From Lophium mytilinum (taxonomy: Eukaryota), in assembly GCA_010093605.1 (NCBI GenBank), contig MU004198.1, positions 808,726-872,725 on the forward strand: a stretch of DNA of 64,000 nt, written 5' to 3'. Below the pieces are notes generated by a model that was not told the DNA's origin, ran no database searches, and saw nothing but the letters and a program-made list of their open reading frames with translations. Positions 49,936 to 62,100 of the stretch are shown one piece after another (the stretch's first letter is position 1; the number at the start of each line of letters is the position of its first letter). The position numbers and the translations under genes were made by a program.

Positions 49936-50845
49936 GTCGGATCTGTCGTGTTGTTGCATTTCCAGGAGTTCTCGGAGTGTTGGAGGCCGCTTGGTTGACG
50001 GAAAAAGCATAGCGGTTTGACACGTCTACGTATGCCAGAGATGAGTGTTCAGGCCTCGATGCTAGCTAAAGGATACCATGTTTTACTGAATGAAATATTA
50101 CAGTCAATAAATGTACAAGAAGCGAACAAAATGGAGCTTAGCTGTCAGAAAATTCGTCTCTTTAGACCTACCAGCGTGAATAGAATCGTATATCGAGCAA
50201 CATGCCCTTCGCACAGCAGCAGTATCGTACCATCCTCACTGAATCCAATTGGAGCCTTTTCAAGGCCTCTCACTAACGCTCAACGACTTCTGAGTAGCCT
50301 GTCGTCCAGCGATCCAATCCAGGGTCCGATCTACTCACCTTCTCAAAGCCGTTAGCTCCCGGCACCTCTCCCGAGCCCTTTCATCAACAACAAACCAACT
50401 ATCGCTGACCACTAGAATACAGCACACGTGTGCACGATAGGTTGGTTCCCCGGGTATCTCGACCTTACCTTCCGTTTCGGCCATCATTCCTATAGGTACC
50501 CCATGCAGGGCCAGCCGATCATCCGCGACCTTCCCGTTCTATCTCACGATATATCCATCTCCGCACCAGACGCAACGTCTCGGACCAACCGGAGGCTAGG
50601 AACTGACCAGATGGTCCAGAATGCGGGGCACAACTGCCGGTATCGTTGATTGGAATGCTGGGAAAGCATATCTCAACTTCCAATCCAGTGTCCTCACCGC
50701 GGAGTCCACCGACGAACTTTTGGATATAAAATCACCATGATCATCAGTAGACATTTCCTCTTCAGCGCTGAAAATCCAAACCGCCAGTCCAGTTATTCGC
50801 TCCTCTAGCACAATCGCCAGTCCGCACTTTCGTTCCAACTCCAAC

Positions 50846-51351
50846 ATGCGTCTCCTCGATCTCCTTCTCCCTTTTTTCCTCATCCCCCTCTCTCTCGCCC
50901 TCCCGGCGGAGCCTCTCCCACTCATACCCCGCGCTTGTGCTACTACATGTGGGAGCCATTGCTACACCAGCAGCCAAGTCAGCAAGGCGCTGAGCGCGGG
51001 TTACAACTACTACGAGTCCGGTGACAAGGCGGGCAGCTCGAAGTATCCCGAGAAGTACAATGACTATGAGGGCTTCGACTTTGGGGGTGTGAGTGGACCG
51101 TACTATGAGTTCCCAATCCTAGAGAGTGGGGTTTACTCTGGTGGTGAGTGCTTCTTACCTTCTTACGTTCTTGACGAGCTTCTTGAGTGTCACGTGATCT
51201 GTGGGTAGGCTGGAGACTGGGCTGACAACTGAGTAAAGGTTCCCCCGGCGCGGACAGGATTGTTTTCAACACCGATGGTGATCTTGCGGGCGAGATTACG
51301 CATACAGGGGCGAGCGGTAATGATTTTGTTGGGTGCACAGGGACGAGTTAG
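50846..51351 (+). CDS. Secreted guanyl-specific ribonuclease, RNase T1 family (intron ~51144-51238)
   Basis: Signal/pro-peptide, [56 protein letters not shown]. Confidence 0.93.
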
Positions 51352-52092
51352 GGGGCTGAAGGGGATTGGGCTGGGAATTGCAAGGAGGACTTCGAATCTT
51401 GGTAAAATTCCGTGTGTGGGTATTGGATGACGCCGTATGTACCTATTCAAAAGTTCCCGGCAGCTCAAATTTCAAGCTTCCTGTTGCTGTCGCGGCCCTT
51501 TGAAAACCCTTGCTCTATGCCAAATACCTAAAGCCTAACTCAAACACCCCAGGTGCTTCAAGTCGTCTACAGGTGTCAACGTTGCTACGTGGAGCCTTTC
51601 CGATTCAAGCACTAGTATGTATACAGATTCACCGTTTTAATACTACTCGAGAGCTGACCACATCCACATCCATCATGGAAAATTGAGAAAGAAGTAGGGA
51701 CCGGTTAGGGCTAATAGCATCAAGGTGACAACCTTACTTGTACCCGCATGCTCATAGTCAAAAGATCTTGCTTGATGTAAGAAGGTGAATTAAAGCCGTT
51801 CGGACAGTTTCAACTCGGCGAAGTCGACGGGTGAACGCGGCCTTCACTGGACCGCTCAAGGACGACTTATTGTTGCCGGGGCTTCCAAAATTATATTCAC
51901 AGTCCTCGAAGCGCGCGAGGCTTCCAGTAGGACTATTTAAGCAGCATGCTCTAAGAACCTTCCTGGCTCTATCCTCAGTATCACCATACATACCACCACA
52001 CCACTTCTACAGCTGCACTCTCCTCATCATCTCTATTCCTCCTCTCTCTCCTGATCATTTCCTTTCTATCATAAGATAGTCTTTTGTTCAAT

Positions 52093-53862
52093 ATGTTCCG
52101 CGTACCATCGCCAATCTCGGATGCAACAGACGACTTCAACACCGCTCCCGCACGTCCAGCCGCGGAGGACCCAGGGGATGGCACCCCAGGCGAAAGTCAG
52201 GCACCACCTCGGACCATACCTCCTGGTTGGGAGCGCGAGCCTGCGTGGATGGTTTCGCAGACGGAGGCATCAATGGACTCGTACCCTCGTGGATCAGGTT
52301 TCTATTTCCCAAAGCCAACCCAAGAAGTTCTCCAAGTAGGAGATAGTGTTCCCCCGGCGTGGTCAAGTCAAGAACACTACACCGGTAGAGCTATTCCTGG
52401 CCGGCCTCCCAGCCAGATCGTCCCAGACAGCTACTCGGGTGGCATCTTTGCAGGTGGCAGGTCGGAATCGTTCGAAACGGACGGGAGTATCACACCGACC
52501 CAGTCTTCGACGAATAGTGTACAATCGGCATTGCCCAGCTTCTTCAAACCTCATCTTGGGTTAGATTATGCACATGTATCTTATTCCGCAGACACGACAA
52601 TCCGGATGCCTCGTGCTCAGGTGACTGCATCATCATCTCTAGGGTCCGATACATCGAGTATGCGGACCCCTCTCGCCCCGGTCCGTACACCATCTTCTCG
52701 TGCGAACGTGCCCGGCATATCGAGCTCGCGCGAGACTGGGAGGACAGCGACAGAACGGCTGCAGAAGCTTAATCAGCATAAAGGAAGTAGATCCGCTAGA
52801 CACGCAGAAACTGATAGGCATACCACAAGCTTTGGTGGGTTTGCTCAACCCCCAACTCGCCAAGGGCCGTCAGGTTCTAACACTGCTCGGAACAAGGGCC
52901 CAGCAAACGCTAACGCGTCTGCTCCGACTAGTTCCACGCATAAGCATTTCGGCCCTACGCCAATGGACATCAGCAACAGATTCGTGCCGCAGACGATTAA
53001 CGGCCTGAATGATAATCAGAGACTAACGGGGTTCTATGCCAGCCATCAGCTCATGGATATATGCTCCGTCTCTAAAGGAAACCAACCCGATGGTGCTGGG
53101 AGGGTCCCGCCTCCAGCCGGTAACACTCGACCTACAGCCGAGAGGAATCAGCCCGGAGCTAGGGAGACGCAACCAGATACAAAGTATCGGTACAAGGGAG
53201 CTGTCGACTATGAGTGGACCGAAGACGAGTTAGAGGAGGCGCGATTCAACGAGTCTTTCGCAGATCTCATCTACTATGCCGACTTAACAACTGCGGGATT
53301 AAATCAGCAGACGTGGATTGGCCCTTGGACTTCGATTGCCGGCTTGCGGGCTGGTCTTCGAACTTACCTTGACACTCTTCCCAAGTTCCGCCTGGAGAAC
53401 GGAAAGGAAGCTAAGCCGCGGGATCTACTTCAGCATCTGATCAATGGCCCGTACTTCAACGGCTGGGGACTCGCGTGGATGGACTTCAAGTGGCCCCATA
53501 GTCACGGTGTTGACACTGTCTGCAAGATAGTGAAGGAGAAGAATCCCGAGGTTTTGGCACATCTTGGAGAGTACGTGGACGTATGGTTCGTGCTGTACAC
53601 CGGGGTCATGAATTTGAGCCAGTGGCGGGATGTAAGTATAAAAGAGCTCAGGGCTCGCAGTCCCTTTAGCCTGGACGGCGCGTTCACCACGTTAGACGAC
53701 GCGAACAGCCGGATGTGCGCGTTGATCAAGAGCGACGACGCGGGCTCCAAAATTGCAATTCACAAGACGGAGGACGATAGGATGTTCGGAGAATCCTGGG
53801 TGTCCGATAAGTCATTGGTGAAGTTTGCGCGGGTGGAAAAGAAGCGCAGGGACTTTAAGTAG
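52093..53862 (+). CDS. Hypothetical protein (disordered N-terminal two thirds, globular-looking C-terminal domain)
   Basis: About 590-codon uninterrupted ORF; no family recognised. Confidence 0.7.
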   Translation: MFRVPSPISDATDDFNTAPARPAAEDPGDGTPGESQAPPRTIPPGWEREPAWMVSQTEASMDSYPRGSGFYFPKPTQEVLQVGDSVPPAWSSQEHYTGRAIPGRPPSQIVPDSYSGGIFAGGRSESFETDGSITPTQSSTNSVQSALPSFFKPHLGLDYAHVSYSADTTIRMPRAQVTASSSLGSDTSSMRTPLAPVRTPSSRANVPGISSSRETGRTATERLQKLNQHKGSRSARHAETDRHTTSFGGFAQPPTRQGPSGSNTARNKGPANANASAPTSSTHKHFGPTPMDISNRFVPQTINGLNDNQRLTGFYASHQLMDICSVSKGNQPDGAGRVPPPAGNTRPTAERNQPGARETQPDTKYRYKGAVDYEWTEDELEEARFNESFADLIYYADLTTAGLNQQTWIGPWTSIAGLRAGLRTYLDTLPKFRLENGKEAKPRDLLQHLINGPYFNGWGLAWMDFKWPHSHGVDTVCKIVKEKNPEVLAHLGEYVDVWFVLYTGVMNLSQWRDVSIKELRARSPFSLDGAFTTLDDANSRMCALIKSDDAGSKIAIHKTEDDRMFGESWVSDKSLVKFARVEKKRRDFK

Positions 53863-54569
53863 ATGCCGAGGTGTGCTGATACTGATATCTGGCGAAGATA
53901 TTTCTTCCGGAGGAGCAAGCTCTCTCCAGCGCTTTCTTTACTCTTCAGTCTAAGGGCATAGGTAGACCTGTACGGTCTCTAGTACGTGCTACTAAGTCTG
54001 CGCGGTATACGGCTCGACTAGGCCTTTGGTTGTCATGATTGTGGAGTATTGCGATAACGGAAATGAAATTGGCCAAATACTTTCAAGTGTTTAGAGAAGT
54101 GTTTTCCTTATGTAGTGAAAAGACTATACGGCATGAGAGAGAAAGAACAATCTTCCAAAATAACCTCCTTTATGCTCGTCGAGTCTTTCCTGACGTGATG
54201 ACTTCAGTAAAAAGAGCGACTAGGAATGGTCACTTTACAGTTTCAACTTCGTGGTACATACATCATGGCGCTTCTAGTGCTGCCATATGCGAAAATCGTG
54301 GCTCCCATAGCAGTGCCTTCTCATGTCTATAACTTCTCGTCGGGTGGATAAGGGGTAGTTCTGAGCACATGGTGGTTGGTTTACGAATGCCAAGACAGTT
54401 TAAGGTGCTTAGGTAATTTTCGAGTGTGGACGGTGCGCTTCAGGGAGACCACGTATCTCAATATACTCCCGCTCTAACCTCCGTCCCTCCCCTGATTCTC
54501 CTCCTCCCACTTCAATCCTTCACTCCCTTTCTCCCTTTTGTTCTCTTCTAGATATACTGAACCGCAGTC

Positions 54570-56149
54570 ATGAGTGGCTGTAAGTTGCTCCCGTCTCTCG
54601 CATCTCCCGCGCCTCCAGCTCAAGAGGCGTACTGAATTTAGAAAATCAGATCGCTGACCGTCAATTGCATCACAGTACGGTTCCTTGACCTTATAAAGCC
54701 TTTTGTGCCTCTCGTACCCGAGATCCAGCTCCCCGAAACCAAGGTCCCCTTCAACAACCGCCTAGTATGGACTGGTGTTACGCTCCTTGTTTTTCTGGTG
54801 ATGAGCCAGATGCCATTGTACGGCATCGTCTCATCAGACACTTCGGATCCTCTATACTGGCTACGAATGATGATGGCGAGTAACCGAGGCACGCTGATGG
54901 AGCTGGGTATAACGCCAATTATCTCGTCGGGCATGGTTTTCCAGCTCCTTGCCGGCACACACCTCATCGATGTCAACCTCGACCTCAAGACCGATCGCGA
55001 GCTCTACCAGACCGCGCAGAAGCTCCTCGCTATCATTCTGTCCTTCGGCCAGGCTGTTGTCTACGTTCTCTCTGGTCTTTATGGCCAGCCCTCTGATCTG
55101 GGCGCTGGAATCTGCGTCCTACTTGTCATTCAGCTGATGATCGCCGGCCTCATCGTCATTCTCCTTGATGAGCTTCTCCAGAAGGGCTACGGTCTCGGAA
55201 GCGGTATCTCCCTCTTCATCGCGACCAACATCTGCGAGTCCATCATGTGGAAGGCGTTCTCGCCCACTACCGTCAACACCGGCCGTGGCCCCGAATTCGA
55301 AGGCGCTATCATTGCCCTGGTGCATCTTCTCTTCACCTGGCCCAACAAGACTATTGCACTGAAGGAGGCATTCTACCGCCAGAATCTGCCCAACGTGATG
55401 AACCTCCTCGCGACCCTCGTTGTCTTCGCGGCTGTCATCTACCTCCAGGGCTTCCGCGTTGAGATCCCCGTCAAGTCCTCGCGCCAGCGTGGTGTTCGCG
55501 GCTCTTACCCCGTCCGTCTGTTTTACACCTCCAACATGCCCATCATGCTGCAGTCTGCGCTTTCCTCCAACGTCTTCCTTGTCAGCCAGATGCTGTACTC
55601 GCGGTTCTCCGAAAACCTTCTTGTCCGCCTTATCGGCACCTGGGAGCCGCGCGAAGGCTCCTCGCAGCTGTTCGCTACCTCCGGTGTCGCTTATTACATG
55701 TTTGTTGCTCTATGACTACCTTCATCCCCGTATGGTGCTAATCTGAATCTAGGTCCCCACCTCTCAGCATCACCGAAGCTCTCTCCGACCCCCTCAAGAC
55801 TGCAGTCTTCATCGTCTACATGCTCACCGCCTGTGCCGTCTTCTCCAAGACCTGGATCGAAGTCTCCGGCTCCTCCCCCCGCGACGTCGCCAAGCAACTC
55901 AAGGAGCAAGGTCTTGTCATGGCCGGACATCGTGAGGAGTCTATGTACAAGGAACTCAAGCGCGTCATCCCGACCGCCGCCGCTTTCGGAGGCGCCTGCA
56001 TTGGAGCTCTGTCTGTAACCAGCGATTTGCTCGGTGCATTGGGTAGCGGTACCGGTATTTTGCTCGCTGTCACGATCATCTACGGATACTTTGAGATTGC
56101 CGCCAAGGAGGGTGATATGGGCGGTTTGAAGGGCATGGTTATGGGATAA
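54570..56149 (+). CDS. SEC61: Protein transport protein Sec61 alpha subunit (introns 54580-54674, 55700-55752)
   Basis: [77 protein letters not shown]. Confidence 0.98.
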
Positions 56150-59100
56150 GCCTTAAAATCAAGGTCCCACGAGCATGAAGTGGGTGGAGAAGATGCGATT
56201 GAGCGCTTTTGGCCGCTCAGACGGTTTGGGAAAAGTATAGCGAGAGCGGTGTATACTACGTTGTGCATATAAAAGAATATGAATTTTAAGCTGTGTGCTG
56301 TAACAAGCACATATGAGTAAAGATGAGTCTATTACTGGAATGCCGCGCAGTGATATCAAACAAAAAATAGACTTCAAGGTTTCCTTTTGATGTAGCTCTG
56401 ACTTTTCCCCGCTGCTAGTCTTCTCCCAAAGGTTAATCTCTATACCGGAGCCGTACATCCGCTCTCCTGTATTCAATGCTAGACTTTATCACGAAGAAAG
56501 TTTGAAAAGCGGATGCACTTTTCAATTCAAAGCTCCAGTTCAGGATGCCACGGACATCGTTTGGCAAAGGGCGTAGAAATCGAGCGGACTGGCTCCTGTT
56601 TACTTCCCATGGTTATACTAATTCCATAGCCCGATTCACAGCTCCACGGACTTCGAATATCAAAAGAGGGTATGACTCGGACTTGTTCAGCATATGTCCT
56701 ACCGTCTAAATTGAACTTCCCTATATTACCTTCACAAAAGTAGCTCACGATCAAGCGGGTTAAATCTCGTCATGTAGTTTAGGAGCGGTGCAGCATTCAA
56801 TTGGTTTACGTTTTTGGCACATTTTCGAGGGACACCAGTGTTTACTTCTCACTGTCTGGAGAGGTGTTTCCATGGCTTGACTTACAGTGCGCGCCAATAA
56901 GACCTTGAAACAGAGTTGGAATCGCAAGAGCTGGCTCCCGACTATGATTCCTGATGCATCGCGACTCACCCTCGATCTTGGGTCTGATATGATATGTGAC
57001 GGGTTTGAAAAGCTGTAAGCATGCTATCATGGGCCTCAGGAATCGGATGTACTCGTCTCTATGCCGACAAGCACTACACAACTCCGAGGCAGAGTTGAGA
57101 GAGACCTGGTATGAAAATACGTCTTGAGACTAAACCTTCCTCGAGCCGCAGTCCAGCTATGTCCCGTTGAGATCAGACTCCACCATCGTCGTCTCTCGCG
57201 TCTTTTTGCTTGACATCGTCGATAGATCCTAAAATATTTTGCCACTAGAAATCCCTTCGAAAGTAATATGACGACTAAGGTTGCTTGCGTGTCGCTATAG
57301 AGATTCCAATGAGGGATAGCAAATGTAGAGGCGCAAGCCAATTTGTGTCTTTCAAAGACGACGTAACATCTCCAGAGCCACGCTAGTGAACCAAACAGCA
57401 TGTCGCGGATGTCGTAACCTTCCAACCAATAGCGGAAAGCTCGGGATGTTCGGTTCTACCAAAGTGGAGGGCGCTGGTTCTCCACATCGGAGTCCGAACG
57501 CAAGCGAAAAGGTGATAGCATTACCATCCGATATGACCGAAGAGGTCCTAGGAAGCACGCAAAAAGAGAACAGTCTTGCTAAGGTGGGGCTGGGACACGA
57601 CGCTTTCTGTGCGGGTCGTGGGGACTATTGTGAAGACTATGTCATAGGGGTGCGCACTGGGGATGAACTAGGAATTGAAGATATTTAAAGGAAGCTTCCT
57701 TCTCAGTACCAACCCTTGAATCGTAACGTGAATCGCAGGCGGTCACGTAGGCCATTGCCAGTATCAAAGCACTTGCTAAGGCCCACTGTGCGGGTGAAGC
57801 TTCGGGTGTAACACCTTGCTGCCTACAGAGGAATTCAGGGGCGGGAATATAGAAAAATAGAAGCGAGATGCTATGGCGGTGAAAAAGGGAAGGGAGAATA
57901 AGAAAGTTAGCAGTAAAATGTGAAAAGTTTCAGGACGATTGAAGAATTGAGATAGAGTTAGCTATGCGGCTTCGCTTTTAGTTTGGTTGAGTAGGTACAC
58001 TGTTGGCTACCCTAGTATCATAGAATAGAAGAGCGTATCTTGAAAGAGAATAGGCCCGAGTCACTTGAATATGAACACGTTGCTCCTTTGCTTACAGCGA
58101 GTTTACTGTGGGAGAGAGCACTCTGCTTTGACGAGCGTGCATATTCGCAGATGTACACCGGCAATTTTTGAGAGGAAGGCTGGCCAAGCGGACATGAAAT
58201 TGGGAGTGACAATTTGTTTGATCGTCGCCACTACAAAATGCACCACTCTCGTAGACCGTCCGGGGAGCTTCGACAAGCGTAAAGGTCCGCAGATAATAGC
58301 TTAAACCCCTCAAATCCCCTTCTCATAAAACACACCGCCACGCTCTTTCAAGCAGGCAGACGCACGCCCGCGTTACAACTAGCTCCAATCATATCCGAAT
58401 CAAATTGCCCCATTGAATGGTGGTGAAGGCCGGGGCATGTCAACAGCGCCCGCGCCGCTCCGCTGGGAGCGCGCGAGGATATGCCTGACTACGAGCCGTA
58501 AATCATCTTGGGTATTAGTTGTGCTGACAAGAGGAAGGGGGCCGCCAGCCTTTTGAACCCCGAGCCGTGCGAGCCGCGGGAATGATGCAAGTTTCCAACA
58601 CCCCTGGAGGAACCTCGGATGTGCTGTACCATGGTACGGACGGAGTAGTGTCAGGGAACTCGAGGTCTGCATGCGGTCCAGAGTCACTACCGAATATATC
58701 GAACATGCCATTTTGGCATCGAAGAGAATCCCGGAAAGTTAATTTTCAGCTGCCAAGGAGAGTATTAAGTATCACATTCCATAATAAAACTTAGTCCTGT
58801 AGGTCTGCGACGTGAGAAGAAAGAAGACGGCGCAAGATTTTCCCGGACGCAACATATCTGAATATTAGGCTCACGCCTTCCCAACCAAGGCATGGTCGAC
58901 AACTCTGACATCAACGATCCGACTTGCCTGTGAAAGTTTCTGCTCTGGGATGATCTCACTTTCGCTGGGGTAGCGGCGTTATTTTGCATCAAAGTAAAAG
59001 AAAAAGGCCGTCGTGTGAGACCCACGTCCCATGGAACGCCTTCAAGATACGGGGAACGCTTCCAGCCCTGACGAAAATATATGTACGTGATCGTGAGATC

Positions 59101-62100
59101 CTGGCTTCCGTGGGGGGTGGAGGGGCTTCGTACGAAGCATGAAGCCGACATGTGCGTCGTCCTCATGATAAGAAAGGCATTCCTCGCGAGAGACCGGGCG
59201 TGGCGCCTAGTCAGCGTTTCGACAGCCCGGAACGATGACCGAAAAGTTGCGAACCACTGTCGTGGTTGACAAATGTAGATGCCTGCGGTAGATCTCGGTG
59301 AAATTAGCCCAGGGAGAAGAATCGCCTTCAGGCCCATGTGACGGAGCGCCTTTGAGCCTTGCATCTACGCATTCTGATGGATGAGTGGCTGTAAGCGTGA
59401 CACGATCTGCACATGAGGTTAAGAAGGAGCAGGAGGTTGGCGGTTGGCAGCGTGGGCGTAGATAGTTGCAGCCTGATGATGGGGAAGAGGATAAAAATAA
59501 AGTAGGTCCGCCCGATGCGCAACAGTCATCAGGACGCGGTCCAGGAGGATGCTGCTCGCAAACTCCCTTGTAGACAGGCTGCAATACTGGGCGTCGAGGT
59601 GGTCCGACCTCGGCTGCAGGGCCTACGAATGCACTCGGAGATATGGGGAGACTGTTGTATAGTGGGACTGCCGGCGTGTGCCGCCTGGTTGCGGTGCTGA
59701 CATGAAACTGTTTTGGGTTGCATGTCGTACCCACAAGATCGAGCAAGGAGCGCATGAATGCATTCGGATCTACATCTTGATCACCCGAGATATGGTGCGG
59801 AGGGGGAGGGGTCAGCAACTGCAACGGCAGAAAGACGGAAGGGCTTCTTGCGGGACGGAAGACAGCCAAAAGGAAAAGATTTGCTCGTTTGCCGCGGCGG
59901 TATTCCTTGCAGCCCTGCATGGGCGAGCAGCACACAAAGCACACAAGGATGCTAGACTGCCACCACCCACTGTCCGAAGACTACTGGCGTGCCGGTTACG
60001 TTGTAGATACTCCACAGCGCTAAAAGCGATGAGCATTCAGCCCCTAGTTAAGTGTTGAGTTTGGCTCTCGGAAAAACTCACGAACGAGGATGCTAGCCGT
60101 GTCTTTTCGGATAGCTGGGCTTTGGACTGTTACAAGCCAGAGACGAGATGCAACTTTCCATGCACGAGCGGAGGCCCGAACAGTATTTCAGGGCTGGACC
60201 CCATACATAGATTTAAGAAAATGGAGCGTTCCCCTTTTCAGGCTTAGACAGCACACAATACCCGACCCCGAGACAGGCGGCGTGAAGGTTTCAGCGACGG
60301 ATACAGCCTCCATCGTCGCTTCGGCCGGCCGATATCACCTACCACCAACGTCCTAACGCCAACGAGTCGACATGGTTCAGCGGAGGTGCATGGTGCTACA
60401 GGACACCTGCAGCGGACAGTCTCGCCGCGCTCGTGTCGACGCAGGTAATCCGCGTCCGAGTCGATGGCAGACTCCAGCTGACAGCCACCACAAAGATGGC
60501 ATCCACCTTGCCGCAGTCGTGTGCCGTGAAGCATTAGTCCGCCAGGGCCTCAATGACGGTAGGCGAGACACGGCCCGCTCGCAGCCAGCCTTGACGCCTG
60601 GTGCTGTGCCGTGGAGGCGGAACGCTGGCTGCTGGTAAGATTGCGTCTGTCGCCGGCGAGGCGCATGACAGTGCAATGTGCAAAAGATCCACGAGCTGCA
60701 GGCGTAGACGTGGGCGAAAGAAACTTCACCGATTGCCCGATCGGGCGACGATCGAAGGAATCAAGGGGGAAATGTCGGGTGCGATGCTGCTGAGTCAAGT
60801 AGCGGAGCCAGACAACACCTATCGTGACCGACTGCCGAGAGGCTGCTGCTCCACAACCTTAGCCGGAGCGTCTATGCTTGTTGATAGTCTAGAACACGAG
60901 ATGCAGAAGCCTGGTTAGGAGCGAAGCTTGGAAAGGTTGTCCTGGGCGTGCTGGGGAGCGATCACCGGTGGTGACCTACCAGCAGCCACCGCCAACAAAT
61001 ATCAAACAGGTCTGGCGCTGGTGGTGTACGTACATGGCCGTGCTTGTACATAACGTACATGCCACCTCCAGACAGTGTCGTGAGCGGGGTCCCTGTCGGT
61101 CTGGCGCAGACGGCGGTTGCACGAGAACGGCGCACACGGGCTTGTTCCTTTTCGATGTTCCCTGAGGCCGGAGAGAGGCCCTGGCTGCACGGATGCACGG
61201 GGGGCGCTGGGTGAAGCCGCTCATGCCGCAGTGCTTTCTTTTGCTCCTTGAGACTCAGCGCCACGTTGGGACCCACCCATATCGTGGGACTCACGGGGGT
61301 ACGTCATTCAGGGTTTCGATATGAGCTTACTCTGTATGTGCTTACTTCCCGCGCTGCAGATTGCCGCGCTGTGTTGGATGCTGATGCCCGCAAAAACGCC
61401 GGCCTGTGCCTGTCTGCGCGGTCACCAGCCAGCGGACGGATACGCTCCTCCAACATGGAGGCGAGTCGGGCGCCGCTGAAACTAAGGTCGAATTCATGTT
61501 GGATGCATGATGCCTCTCAGCGTGCTCCCCACGACTAGCTGCGAAGATCGCGTCCAAGGGCTGCGCTGCAATAAAAGTCCTGCCGGGCTGGTTCGTCCAT
61601 AGGCACTGCCGGTCAGTGTCCAATTACCCGCCTGATCACGACTTGCTGTTAGAAAACAGCGCAGCTTGTGGAGGCGGCTGCAAGTGAGGATACGCATGCG
61701 AGTCCACATCGTTCGAGGGGCTGGTCTCGCGGCCCGCCGCTCGTGGAACGCCAATGATAATCAACGCAAACGTCGGAGAAGGAGTACCTGCTTGCGTCCC
61801 TAGTCTTATGTACTTGGTGGCCTTGTGATGCGCGAGACGGCCCCAGGCGGGTCGATTGAGGCGGATGACATGCACAAGGTACATCTGGAGCCCGACTATT
61901 AACTGCCCTCCTGCCACATTGCAGCTACACCAACGGCGGCGCTGGTGCACGCAGCCACGCTCGTCGGGCCAGCTGGACACCTTACTGGCCATGGCAGTTG
62001 CGTCAGCACCAGCAGCTGCTTGGGAGCGAGTGGTGATGGATGCCAGGCAAGCAGGGCCAGGCAAGCAGGTCCAGGCAGCGTACCCTCGCCGGTGATGAGC

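Noticed and set aside
46287..56149. Functional secretory-pathway cluster (tigA, SEC61) with UPR elements such as CCACGTA at 54449
   Set aside because: The genes are interspersed with unrelated housekeeping genes, and single short motifs are expected by chance.
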